A stretch of DNA of 64,000 nt from a phage, in the sequence record NC_111505.1, one strand, 5' to 3'. The translations under genes were made by a program, and so were the position numbers. Positions 1 to 10,100 of this stretch are shown here, piece by piece (within the stretch, counting starts at the first letter, position 1; the number at the start of each line of letters is the position of its first letter). The notes beneath the pieces were generated by a model. It saw only the letters and a program-made list of their open reading frames with translations, was not told the DNA's origin and searched no databases.

Positions 1-36
1 GTGGATGTGGTTAACATCCGACTTAATCCCTGCCAT
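1..36 (-). CDS. hypothetical protein, 5' end only (gene continues past window start)
   Basis: ATG at 36..34 lies 11 nt downstream of the stop of the preceding minus-strand gene (48..50); the frame stays open to position 1. Only 12 codons visible. Confidence 0.25.
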   Translation of the reverse strand, partial: MAGIKSDVNHIH

Positions 37-47
37 ATTCCGCCGCC

Positions 48-1538
48 TTAAATAGTTTGTTGGAAAGTTATATTACTTTCATCGAGGTCAAACACCTCGG
101 TCATGTTTGCAACAATATCGTTTGTGGTGTAAGCTTCGTCAGAGGCTCCCACAGGTTTAACTTGAATTACCAATCTGTTAAATCTGCCTATCGACACAGC
201 AGCTGATGCAGCACCTACCAATTGGATATTGTACAACGTATCGGCGACATCCAAGCCGTTAACAACCTGCAAAAGAGCCTCTGTAATGGCATCTTTTTCG
301 GTAGTAGAAAGAGCAGCACCTGAGTAGGTAATTATCATATCCAGGCGGTAAGTGTTTGCCTTAGAATAATAAATCCTTTCAGTCTGACCGTCTGATGTGG
401 TAATATCGTAGAAGATATTCCCATAAGTTCTGTTTGTGCAAGCTATGGTTTGATACAGCGCCTGACAGATATCCTCTGTTGCACCACCAAACACCACCAC
501 TTGAAACTTATAAGGTGGTATACCTTTCGCATCCGTTTTATCGGTGTTGTTAGAGAACACTCTTACTTTCTCAACACCTTTCACTTCGCTTACAGCGCTA
601 AGGATTGCAGGGCGGGTAGCTTTAGATGTCAACTGTTTAGTGCTGGAAGCTCTTAGGCGATACTCTGAGTCCTTCTCAACATCCCTACCCTCATTGAATC
701 TTTCTCGGTTGGTAAGCTTGATAAATCCGCTGGGAGTAGGCGACATTGTTGTTACAGTTTCTGCCTCTCTTGACAGCTCACCTGCCTCGTTAGCGATAAC
801 ATCTAGGGTGATAGTTCTTTCACCTACAATCGGGGATACTCTGAAATCTACTCTGCTATTAAGCCCAACTTGATCAAGATTCGAATTGTATCCTATCCAC
901 AACGTTCCTGTCAACATATCTATCTGAATTAAATCGTCGTTCAACAGGGTTGTGTTATCTACAATAAATTGCTTAATCTCGCCGTAAAAGCTTGGTAAAT
1001 CAGAAGAGTCCAGAGACTTATCGGTTAAAACCAGACTTTTTGTTTTGATACTTCCATCTGTCTGGTTGGTAATTTGAAAGTTGTATTTACCGATTCTTAG
1101 ATCTGGAGCGTTTATCCTGTGAGCAATAAGATTCCCCGCCACCTGCACGTCACTGCTAAGAACAAAGTTGCCACTATCCAGCGTGTAGGTTTTGGAATCA
1201 TAAATCATATTGTACGGCACAGTTGTGTTAATTGTCAACTGGCAAGTGCCTGATGATTTAGAACGACCTCTCCGGTAAATACCTTGCCTTCCAAGAAGTT
1301 CATCAAGGTAAATACCTTCTGCCCCATACAGCGTCTGGGATGCGTATACAGATGCTGCCATAAGAATAAGTTGATACTCTCGCTCGTTGAAGATAGTGGT
1401 CAGCTTATCTGCAACGGAGTTACTTTGTACGTTGAAGTTTTCGCCAAAAGCACGGATCAGGCTTTGCTTAGTTTCAACGATTAGGTCATTTAGGGTTGGT
1501 ATAACGAAACCAGCCTCGGTCAATCCATACTTAGCCAC
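48..1538 (-). CDS. baseplate J-like (gp47/gpJ-family) protein
   Basis: 496-aa ORF; N-terminus (GFVIPTLNDLIVETKQSL...) resembles the N-terminal pattern of baseplate J-family wedge proteins; sits in the tail module. Family assignment from recollection, not searched. Confidence 0.5.
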   Translation of the reverse strand: MAKYGLTEAGFVIPTLNDLIVETKQSLIRAFGENFNVQSNSVADKLTTIFNEREYQLILMAASVYASQTLYGAEGIYLDELLGRQGIYRRGRSKSSGTCQLTINTTVPYNMIYDSKTYTLDSGNFVLSSDVQVAGNLIAHRINAPDLRIGKYNFQITNQTDGSIKTKSLVLTDKSLDSSDLPSFYGEIKQFIVDNTTLLNDDLIQIDMLTGTLWIGYNSNLDQVGLNSRVDFRVSPIVGERTITLDVIANEAGELSREAETVTTMSPTPSGFIKLTNRERFNEGRDVEKDSEYRLRASSTKQLTSKATRPAILSAVSEVKGVEKVRVFSNNTDKTDAKGIPPYKFQVVVFGGATEDICQALYQTIACTNRTYGNIFYDITTSDGQTERIYYSKANTYRLDMIITYSGAALSTTEKDAITEALLQVVNGLDVADTLYNIQLVGAASAAVSIGRFNRLVIQVKPVGASDEAYTTNDIVANMTEVFDLDESNITFQQTI

Positions 1539-1605
1539 GTCACTCCTCCGGTATGAAAATCTCTACAAGGTATTTTACCAAATTTTGTAACAATAGTCAA
1601 TCTGA

Positions 1606-1634
1606 GCATAAAAATAAACCCCGCCGAAGCGGGG
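1606..1634 (-). terminator. rho-independent terminator after large tail fibre gene
   Basis: Hairpin CCCCGC-CGAA-GCGGGG (1619..1634) followed on the minus strand by a U-run (plus-strand A-run 1609..1618), immediately 3' of the 1644..5483 gene. Confidence 0.5.
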
Positions 1635-1643
1635 CTTTAAAGG

Positions 1644-4600
1644 TTAGTCGTGAGACTCGTTCCAAGGTCCCTGGAAGCTAGAGTTTGAACGACTTACTAC
1701 AACGGTAGGACAGGATATTGTGATGCCTGTCACGTTCCCTGTTGACCACGGCGTGTAAATTTCAACGATAATGTCTATGGTTTGTTCTCCAAGGCCTGTT
1801 ATCCCGATAGCGCACATACCGTCATTGTCGTTTCCGTACTTCTTGCCAGCAAGGAGCTGATGACCAGCTATCCACGCATTCAGTTGAGAGTTGGCACGCG
1901 TACCGTTCAGTTTAAAGAAGAATGTTACGTTCTTACCTTGGCCTTGTACGTTGTCCACATATCTCCATCTCCAACGGCAAACCCTTTGCTGGGAGTTATA
2001 TACTGGAGCACAATCCCCGTAAGTCCTGTGTGCAACAATTGCACCTTCGAACTGGTTAGCGCGGATAACAGAAGCTTCTACACGACCACGGAAGGTACCT
2101 CCGGTTGCATCTATGGTGCCTCTAAAGCTACCATTATTGGCATAAACATCCCCACGGAAGGTACCACTAGTGGCGTTAACTGCCCCTGTGAAGTTACCAG
2201 AACTGGCGTTGATGTTGCCTTTCACCCACACATCCATAAATTGGGCGTGCCCGTTCTTGTTAATATACCAACCGTATTTATGGTACCCGTTGCCATCGTA
2301 GTTGTTTGACGAAATTTCTTGTGCAATCTTGGCAGAAGAGATCGTCCCGTTCTCTATAAAAGCATCTTTCAAGAACGCTTGGTTGTTCTTGATTGCGAAA
2401 GCAAGGGTTGCTGTTCCATTTCCAGGGTTGTATACCGCAAAGTTGTTTGCACTAACCATGAAGTATGATTGTACTTGGCCTCCAGAACCTTCCATGCCCA
2501 ATTGGATACCTGCCACATACTTATTCCCTGCGGAGTCTACCTGTATTTTTGTGCCCCATTGAGCATTTACTTTGCCCTCTAAGTCGGTCACAGCCTTAGA
2601 TGTTGTAGCCACTGCAGCTCTTAGCTCTGATACATCCCCAACATCATCAATGATCTCCTGCTTAGCAACAGCAAGTTCTTGACGAATAGCTGACGCTGTG
2701 CCATTAATAAGATCCACGGTTGCTTTGTTGGTATCGGAGATTGTAGCATCTAGAGCTGTTTTTGTGGAGGTCAGTTTACCATCCAAATCCGCAATCGCCT
2801 GTTTGTTGGTAGAAATCTCCCCACGTGCAGAAGTTATCTGCTCCGACAGTGCGGAGGTTTTCTGATTCAACAAATCTGTGGTGGCCTTGTTGGTATTGGC
2901 AATCAGGGTATTGAGATCAGTTTTTGCGGTAGTTATCTTACCATCAAGGGTGGTATAGTTCTTAGATACTGTCGCGTTTGTCTGACTGATCTTTTGATCC
3001 AGAGTTTCAGAGGTCCTGTTGAGAAGATCCACTGTCGCCTGGTTGGTGCTTAAGATGCTTGCATCAAGTTCCGTTCTCTGGGTATTGATCTTGCCATCTA
3101 GAGTTTTATCTCCAGCAAGGTATCCGCTCTCCACACCACTTATTTGTTCTACCAACTCCCCTTTGGCTGCAACCAATTTCTCGTCCAAAGCCTCTGTCTT
3201 TTTGTTCAGAAGATCAGTGGTTGCTTTATTGGTTGTCTCAATCAGGGATGCCAATCTTCCACTTTCAGTGTTCAAATCGTTGGTGAACTTGTTCTGTGCA
3301 GCAACAAGTTTCCTATCCAGCGCTGTGATATTGCCATTGACATCCTCAAACTTCTGAGTTGTCTCTGTAACTACCGCACCTATTCTGTCTCCAAGTTGCT
3401 GGAATGCCTCATCTACCCTACCATCCATGTACCTGTTAAGTTCTGTGACACGATTTTCAACCTCTTCAATAGAGGAATCCAAAGTGCTCATCAACTCTTT
3501 ATAAGTTTCTGTCTTTTTGAATTCAGCATCTATCTGAGGCATCAAATCCTCAATAGAGGTGTAGCAGCGTGCAGCGCATTCTACAAACTGAGAACTGCCA
3601 AAAGCGTTTGTGGTCCGAATATACCAATAATAAACCTTATCGTTCTGCAGACCTTCAGATGTCCAAGTTGAACCAACACCCATACGGGTGGCGTTTGAAG
3701 TAACGGTTGCATCACTGGTGTCGGGCAACCTTGTCATACCGGATGTCCAAAAGTCATACTGGGTGCTTACACTTGCCAAATCCCTGCTGTGTGGAATCAA
3801 GGTGATAGCAAAGTATCCCTGCTTAACCTCTACAGAAACCGGAGCCTCAGGTGCCTGAATGTTAAACTCGCAGTACGCTTCTGGAGATACACCACCTTTA
3901 TAAGATGTTGCAACCACGGTTGCTGTGTATGACCCTTTGGTCAAACCTTCTACTCTGACAAACTGCTCAACTGTCTGTGCTGTCCAAACAATCTCTCCGT
4001 TCTTTCTTACCTGCACAATATTTTGAGCGTAAGTCCCAACGTTGTCCCAAGCTAAAACACCGTGAGTTACTTCTCCAGCTTGGAGAACGGAATATCTGAA
4101 GTTTTGCGGTTGAGCTACACCAGATGGGGATATCGGAATATCTACATCGCCAGAATCCGGAAGTTGCCCTGTGGCATCATTCCACTCTTTAGCATCTTGA
4201 CGAAGTTTTACCTTGACACCGCCCTTTTTGGTGAACTCCCATTCAAGAACCCTCATTTCTTGGCCCACTATACCAATACTTGGGAGGTCCATTGTAACAT
4301 AACGGCCAGGCTTAAATTTAAAACCTCGCATATTGCAGGTGACTTCAATAATCCTGCCAGCTCTAGCACGTCTTAAGAAGATTGCAGAAACACGTTGAGC
4401 TTGATAAGGACTGGTAACAAAGCGATAGTCTATATCGATTATCTTTCTTTCTCCATCCTTCTCTATCCACTCTGGTACAAACACTGATGGGAAATCTGTT
4501 TCAGAATACCCTTTGGTCGGACTAGTGAATCTGCCAGTTATTGTGTTAGATCTTTTGTCAAATGAGGCTTCCGGATAGATCTTAACCTCACCACAGACAC

Positions 4601-5483
4601 AGTCCTCCCTCAATGTCATTGTTGCCGGACCATAGTATGCACCAACCAGCAAACCATACTTACCAGCAACATAACTAAGGTCTGCACCGCAAGCTTTCAG
4701 CATTTCTGCCATAATACTTGCTGGGGCCTCATCCATGTCAAACTCACCGTTAATGGTGTAACGTCGCTCACTGGTGCCGTCAGCGTTTTTTACCGCCTCG
4801 TCGCATATGTTGGCAGCCTCCCTGAAGGACTCCCAGTTGATGGTTTCGTCAGGACATTTAAGGTATGTTCTTAAATAGTCCAGAATCACCAAGGCAGCGT
4901 TATTGGTATACACCTCTTTACTGGTGCGAGGATCATAGCATTTTTTACCAACCTTAACGAGTGTTACGTTTGGCAACCCAAAAGGAAACTTGTTAGGGTC
5001 AAACCTAAAGCTGACCCGTAGCCAACTGATCCCTCTGCCTATCATGTCCGGTGACCACGATGGGCAGTGTGTTCCCATAAAAGGATCAGAGGTTTTTCTG
5101 TCGTTATGTAGCTCCCACGATACCAAATCCCCATACGAAGAAATAGGATTACCGTCGATAAGTATATCTTCTATACCTTCTAGAGGGTGATTGGCAAGAA
5201 CAATGGCACAATGGAGGGTTCTGTCTCTATCCTGCTCCAAAAATGCAAGCAATCCAGATGTACGTGTCTTCCCATATACTACAGAACAAGGTGCAGCAGA
5301 AGATCTAAGAAGCTTTTGCCTATCTTGCTGACTTCTGTAAGATTTGTTACCCTCGAAAATCTTATCCAGAGTTCTGGTGGTAACAGTGTTCAGGCTGTCA
5401 GCCAGAGCTGCCTTGGATGCGTTCCAGTCATAGCTTGAAGATCTTGCAGAAGCAACGATGTTATCAATCATTGCAATTGGCAT
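1644..5483 (-). CDS. large tail fibre / host-specificity-type structural protein
   Basis: 1279-aa ORF. Central segment has degenerate ~40-aa repeats (TNKATTDLLNKKTEALDEKL.../DGKINTQRTELDASILSTNQATVDLLN...) typical of a coiled-coil shaft; C-terminus carries short Gly-rich repeats (GNFTGAVNATSGTFRGDVYANNGSFRGTIDATGGTFRG). Confidence 0.6.
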   Translation of the reverse strand: MPIAMIDNIVASARSSSYDWNASKAALADSLNTVTTRTLDKIFEGNKSYRSQQDRQKLLRSSAAPCSVVYGKTRTSGLLAFLEQDRDRTLHCAIVLANHPLEGIEDILIDGNPISSYGDLVSWELHNDRKTSDPFMGTHCPSWSPDMIGRGISWLRVSFRFDPNKFPFGLPNVTLVKVGKKCYDPRTSKEVYTNNAALVILDYLRTYLKCPDETINWESFREAANICDEAVKNADGTSERRYTINGEFDMDEAPASIMAEMLKACGADLSYVAGKYGLLVGAYYGPATMTLREDCVCGEVKIYPEASFDKRSNTITGRFTSPTKGYSETDFPSVFVPEWIEKDGERKIIDIDYRFVTSPYQAQRVSAIFLRRARAGRIIEVTCNMRGFKFKPGRYVTMDLPSIGIVGQEMRVLEWEFTKKGGVKVKLRQDAKEWNDATGQLPDSGDVDIPISPSGVAQPQNFRYSVLQAGEVTHGVLAWDNVGTYAQNIVQVRKNGEIVWTAQTVEQFVRVEGLTKGSYTATVVATSYKGGVSPEAYCEFNIQAPEAPVSVEVKQGYFAITLIPHSRDLASVSTQYDFWTSGMTRLPDTSDATVTSNATRMGVGSTWTSEGLQNDKVYYWYIRTTNAFGSSQFVECAARCYTSIEDLMPQIDAEFKKTETYKELMSTLDSSIEEVENRVTELNRYMDGRVDEAFQQLGDRIGAVVTETTQKFEDVNGNITALDRKLVAAQNKFTNDLNTESGRLASLIETTNKATTDLLNKKTEALDEKLVAAKGELVEQISGVESGYLAGDKTLDGKINTQRTELDASILSTNQATVDLLNRTSETLDQKISQTNATVSKNYTTLDGKITTAKTDLNTLIANTNKATTDLLNQKTSALSEQITSARGEISTNKQAIADLDGKLTSTKTALDATISDTNKATVDLINGTASAIRQELAVAKQEIIDDVGDVSELRAAVATTSKAVTDLEGKVNAQWGTKIQVDSAGNKYVAGIQLGMEGSGGQVQSYFMVSANNFAVYNPGNGTATLAFAIKNNQAFLKDAFIENGTISSAKIAQEISSNNYDGNGYHKYGWYINKNGHAQFMDVWVKGNINASSGNFTGAVNATSGTFRGDVYANNGSFRGTIDATGGTFRGRVEASVIRANQFEGAIVAHRTYGDCAPVYNSQQRVCRWRWRYVDNVQGQGKNVTFFFKLNGTRANSQLNAWIAGHQLLAGKKYGNDNDGMCAIGITGLGEQTIDIIVEIYTPWSTGNVTGITISCPTVVVSRSNSSFQGPWNESHD

Positions 5484-5920
5484 TAATACCTCCAGACATC
5501 AACAACGATAGAATCTTTCATATCGAACGTAAAGATCCCTTTATCACCTTTCGCCCAAATCTGGTTGTTCCAGAACACACCAGCGGTGAGGCCGTTCAGA
5601 CCTTCGAAAATAACAATATCACCACGCTGAACCTGTTTAGGAGTATCCAGTCGAGTCAAAAAGAGATCAAAAATAGTAGGCAGGTGTGTGGTTTTGAAAC
5701 GGAGCATGCACCATCTCTTGCTTTCCAACTCTGTTTTATACGTTCCTTCAAAGTTAGAAAGAAAATCTGTTCCGTATTGGGCATCAACACATTTAGCCGC
5801 AAAAGTGCAACAATCGTGGAATCCCCATTCAAACGGGGCGGTGGCTTCTTCGTCAAATACTTTCCACAATTTTTCTTGCCAGTCTACTAAACGAGGGTGT
5901 GTGCTCATTAAACCTCCCAA
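5483..5920 (-). CDS. hypothetical tail-associated protein
   Basis: 145-aa ORF coupled to the neighbouring tail genes (shares the boundary nucleotide with the fibre gene). Contains an HDCC motif; function not assignable by eye. Confidence 0.45.
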   Translation of the reverse strand: MGGLMSTHPRLVDWQEKLWKVFDEEATAPFEWGFHDCCTFAAKCVDAQYGTDFLSNFEGTYKTELESKRWCMLRFKTTHLPTIFDLFLTRLDTPKQVQRGDIVIFEGLNGLTAGVFWNNQIWAKGDKGIFTFDMKDSIVVDVWRY

Positions 5921-6474
5921 ATGATCGGGCGGCTCGCCACCTGATCCACATATTTAAAAAATCTGTCATTATCGTTTCTTGAGCTATGGCTTTCCTCTGT
6001 GTATCGGTAAGGAAAACCTCTTAACCAGCTGTTGAAGATGGAAGAGATGGATATGGACAAAGCACTATTCTCCCCTGTCTGAATAGCCATGTCTGTTATA
6101 AGGCCGTCAAACAAGCCATTAGTTGTGACAGGTAAACCATTCTCCATAGCGGTGATATATAACGTGGCACGGCAACCAGAGTACTCCGTCTTCAGCAGAT
6201 CGCCAACATATTTAGGATCAAACCCGTTCAATGTTGCTACCACAGATCCGAAGTTGGTGGCATCTTTCTCAGACACAGCAGTCAATGTTGCTGATCCACC
6301 TATCCCTATAAAATGTTGCCCCTCAATCACCACAACACCAGTTCCTGAGCACACCCTGACAGTCCCTGTTGGTAGCTCTAACTTTGCAGCAATTAAGATT
6401 TCAACACCATCAAGCTCTAACTTTTCAAGAAATAAATTATCTAATGGCGCTCTTATCATCTTAGAAATCCTCAA
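5908..6474 (-). CDS. hypothetical tail-associated protein
   Basis: 188-aa ORF overlapping its neighbours by a few nt on the same strand within the tail-fibre block. Confidence 0.45.
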   Translation of the reverse strand: MRISKMIRAPLDNLFLEKLELDGVEILIAAKLELPTGTVRVCSGTGVVVIEGQHFIGIGGSATLTAVSEKDATNFGSVVATLNGFDPKYVGDLLKTEYSGCRATLYITAMENGLPVTTNGLFDGLITDMAIQTGENSALSISISSIFNSWLRGFPYRYTEESHSSRNDNDRFFKYVDQVASRPIIWEV

Positions 6475-7051
6475 AGAAGTTGATAACTATATTGTCACCT
6501 TTCTGCATAGCATCAACCTTTTGCTTAATTTTATAAAGATCCCTGATATGAAATCTACCCTTCGGAGATTGAGTTATTATCTTCATGGTATCCCCTGCGG
6601 CAATAGGTTTCCTAAGTCTTGGGGATATGTTTATAACAGCGGCCCCAACACCATCACTTCGTACTGATGCTGTCACCACTTTCAACTCATCATTGACAGA
6701 TATTTTATCCCCAGCCCTGGCTATATCCCTGTTGGGCTCCCAACCAACCGTCTTCAAAAAATCGTCGTTACCAGTCGGTCCGAGAGCGATTGGCTCGTTG
6801 GAGGTCACTGAATGCCCATAAGCCTTGATGAGAAAAATGTTTCCATCTTTGTAAACCTGATCAACAAAACTTTTAAGCTCCAACAACTGAGATTCACTGA
6901 TATTGGAAACCGTCAAAGTACCTTTCCAGTTAGGTGTGGCATAGGTTACTTTTTGCGTCTTACCTGTAAACGGGCTTTTAAATGTAACGATGTCTGCCAG
7001 TAACTCCAATCTAATATCTGGGAGGTATCTAGGCCTTTCCCATAAAAACAT
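6461..7051 (-). CDS. hypothetical tail-associated protein
   Basis: 196-aa ORF, first gene downstream of the terminator that follows the 1266-aa fibre gene. Confidence 0.45.
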   Translation of the reverse strand: MFLWERPRYLPDIRLELLADIVTFKSPFTGKTQKVTYATPNWKGTLTVSNISESQLLELKSFVDQVYKDGNIFLIKAYGHSVTSNEPIALGPTGNDDFLKTVGWEPNRDIARAGDKISVNDELKVVTASVRSDGVGAAVINISPRLRKPIAAGDTMKIITQSPKGRFHIRDLYKIKQKVDAMQKGDNIVINFFEDF

Positions 7052-7112
7052 TGTGCCTCCAGGTTAAACAAATATGATAGTTATTTTACCAGATTTTAAG
7101 TTAATACGCAAT

Positions 7113-7143
7113 ACAAACAAAAAGCCCCCGCCGAAGCGAGGGC
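7113..7143 (-). terminator. rho-independent terminator after 1266-aa tail fibre gene
   Basis: GC-rich hairpin GCCC(C)CGC-CGAA-GCG(A)GGGC (7124..7143) with a minus-strand U-run (plus A-run 7113..7123), directly 3' of the gene ending at 7151. Confidence 0.45.
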
Positions 7144-7150
7144 AAAACAG

Positions 7151-10100
7151 TTACTTCAGTTTCTCTTGCAACTCAGTAACAACCTCCGTCAATTTTTTAA
7201 CCTGCTCCTCAAGGGCGGTTATTTTATCATCCTGTTCCCTGCAAACCTGGACAAGCAAACCTGTTACAGCTGCGTAGTCAACGTTATAGAACCTTTCCTC
7301 GGTCATCAAAGGAATGCCGTCTTGAGTAGGACCTTCTATTTCCTTCCTTTTCACGAAAGACCCTACTGCCTCTGGCAATGCTTCCATAACCTCTTGAGCA
7401 ATCACGCCTGCATAAGGCATACCATTCTCTTTCAAGGTGTAGGTATAGCCATTCATCTTCCTGATAGCTTCCAGCGCGTCAGGTATGACCTCTATATTAT
7501 CCTTCAGATCCCTATCAGAACTTTGACTAACAGTGGTACATACTACCGCACCGTTGACAGCAAAATATCTTGACTTGGCCTCATCTGCCTTGGCCCCACA
7601 GTGGAATACCCAGCTGCCGGTTGTTGAGTTATCACCTATCTGAAACTCCAGCACGTTCTTCCTATCTGCGCCATTGCCCCAATAGTACAACCTGCCTGTA
7701 TTAGAAGGCATGTTGGAAGTGTTGGTAACATCCGCTCCACCACCTGTGTGTATTGTAAACTCTGGTTCAAGATTGGAGCCTTGAGTTTTTAAAGTGATAC
7801 CCTTACCACCTAGCTGCTGCCAATGGCCCCATGTGAAAACACCACCTATCGTTGTTCCATAACGTAGGAATTTTTCTCCAAGGTACGATATATATTCCTG
7901 TACGCAACTTTCTGGAACGTTGGCGTAGTTCCTGTATACGATAAGCGTACCTGCCTGGGAACATGGGTAGTTTCTATCAGGTGTGGCTTGAGCATTGGCC
8001 TCCTGATGATAAAAACCCTCCCTATCTCCTTTGTAGTCGTTAAGGTCATTAGTTCCCAACCCTTGACCACGGTGCTGAATAACTTTGTTCCACGCTCTGT
8101 GGTTACCCTGCTCTATGGAACGGGTGTACAGCTGATCTAAACGACCTGCCATCTGGAAAGCATAGTTTCCAGAAAACGCCACAGACAACCCGCCAACAAC
8201 CATTGAACCTTCAGGCCCGTTGACGTTGCCAGCCAGTATTTTGGACGGATTATTATTTCCGAACTGGTTGTTCCAGTCTGCACCTGTGTGGCATACAAAA
8301 CCACCAGGGGCCGAGAAAGTACCGTCTTTGTTGAAATTGTAGAATCTGTGAGCGGAACCTACAACATCACGAACAATAACTTGACCAGCTTCTGGAGTAG
8401 ACCTGAACTCTGCTTGACCTTGGAGGCCAGCACCATTACCACATTTAGAGGTAAACGTACCGTTAGTAAGATCATCTGTCCCATCTGATGCACACTGGAA
8501 TCCTGCATTAGAGAATAACGCCTTTCTAGGACTGCCGTAGCACAAATAGTCAATACCGTCAGCCCATAGTTCGACTTTAGGCATGTTCATTTTGCTCATC
8601 ACCGCATAGCGTTCAGCAGTGCCTATATAGTGCCACTGTGTGCCGCCGCCAGTGTAGAACCCAGAGGTACCTTTGAAGTCAACAATAGGTCTGGTGTTGG
8701 TATTGTTATCTCCAAGAACAGCCAGATTTAAATCTGCTGACTGGAGAGGTGCAACGAACTTAACACCGTCCTGATTGTTTGTTACAGAGCCGACTTGATA
8801 ATCTTGCTCTCTGGTAAACACTTCGACAACATTTCTACTTGCGTATATGCTGACAGGGAAAGCACGAGCCTCCGCATAGAAAGCAACATACTCTTGTTTA
8901 CCCCTTGTTGGAGCAACCATCCCAAGAAGTGCTTTTTCATTTTGATAGAAATTCACTACCCCGTAGAAAGAGTCTCCTCTATCTGTCCAACCACCAGTCC
9001 TATAGTGGCACTGTAAGGTGGCGCAGTTCATAGGGTCACCACCGGATGACGATCTGGTGACTAGGGTAATATCAGTGCCAGTTGCTGGAGCATAGTACGG
9101 ATCTGTTCTAACGATGATTGGGTAATATTTCCCATCTTCCATACCTGCAGTTCTTGGCAGTGTTAAGAAATCTTTGACACCCGCAGCTATAGGAACTTTG
9201 AACAGATTCTGAGCATCTGCCAGGGTTGTAGCCCCAGTACCACCCGCTGCCTGAGGTAAAGGTTCCCACTTGGCCTTCCGGTTGTTATAAACACCCCATT
9301 CCAGAGTACCATTACCGGATTCATCCATACCGCCATCCCAGACGACCATCTTAGCGGCTTTCTTGGAACCCCAGAACCCTCTTTCTGCCCCTGAACTACG
9401 AATCCATTCCCCAAGTCCCCAGTTTGTCAGCTGACCAGTGAGATCCCCGACCTGCATGTACTTAGGACAATCTAATACACCATCTTCACGGAATCCTAAA
9501 TACCGATGAGTTTCAGATCCTTTTGCGCCTTTGTGCAGGTGGACTGTTAACCAAGTCTTATTGTCGTTTCTTACCTCGGAGTAGATCCTATAACCATGCT
9601 CAAGAACACCATCAGCGTCATATTTATCTCCATGGAGAATACCTGAAGCATTTTTAACATCTCCTGAGTATTGAGCTAAGTAAAGGTGCCCGAAAGCAGG
9701 GGAGTTGTTTTTACCAAGGCCGATATGAGATCTGAAGGTGTCATCATTACGAGGTCTGACCATCGGCTGCCATGCAGTCCACTGGTTTGTGTTGGCCTGA
9801 TAGGTTCTCAAATACCAAACATCCACGTTAGAGAATGGATAGTATTCCTGACGACAACCTGTACCACCGTTAGCATTGTTCTGCCAAACAATCAAGTGAC
9901 CAGCACCAGAACCTGCAGGATAACCATTTGCCTCAGTTGCATTAGCAGTCATCGGCTGATAGTATATGCCGTCCTGATTACCAGTCAAGTTATTGATATT
10001 GAAATTTGCCTCAAGGGCTGCACGTTGCTTATAGAAAGCACCGATATTGATACGGACTCCAGCGGCATCTCTGGCACCTGTACCACCTTGCTCTATAGCA

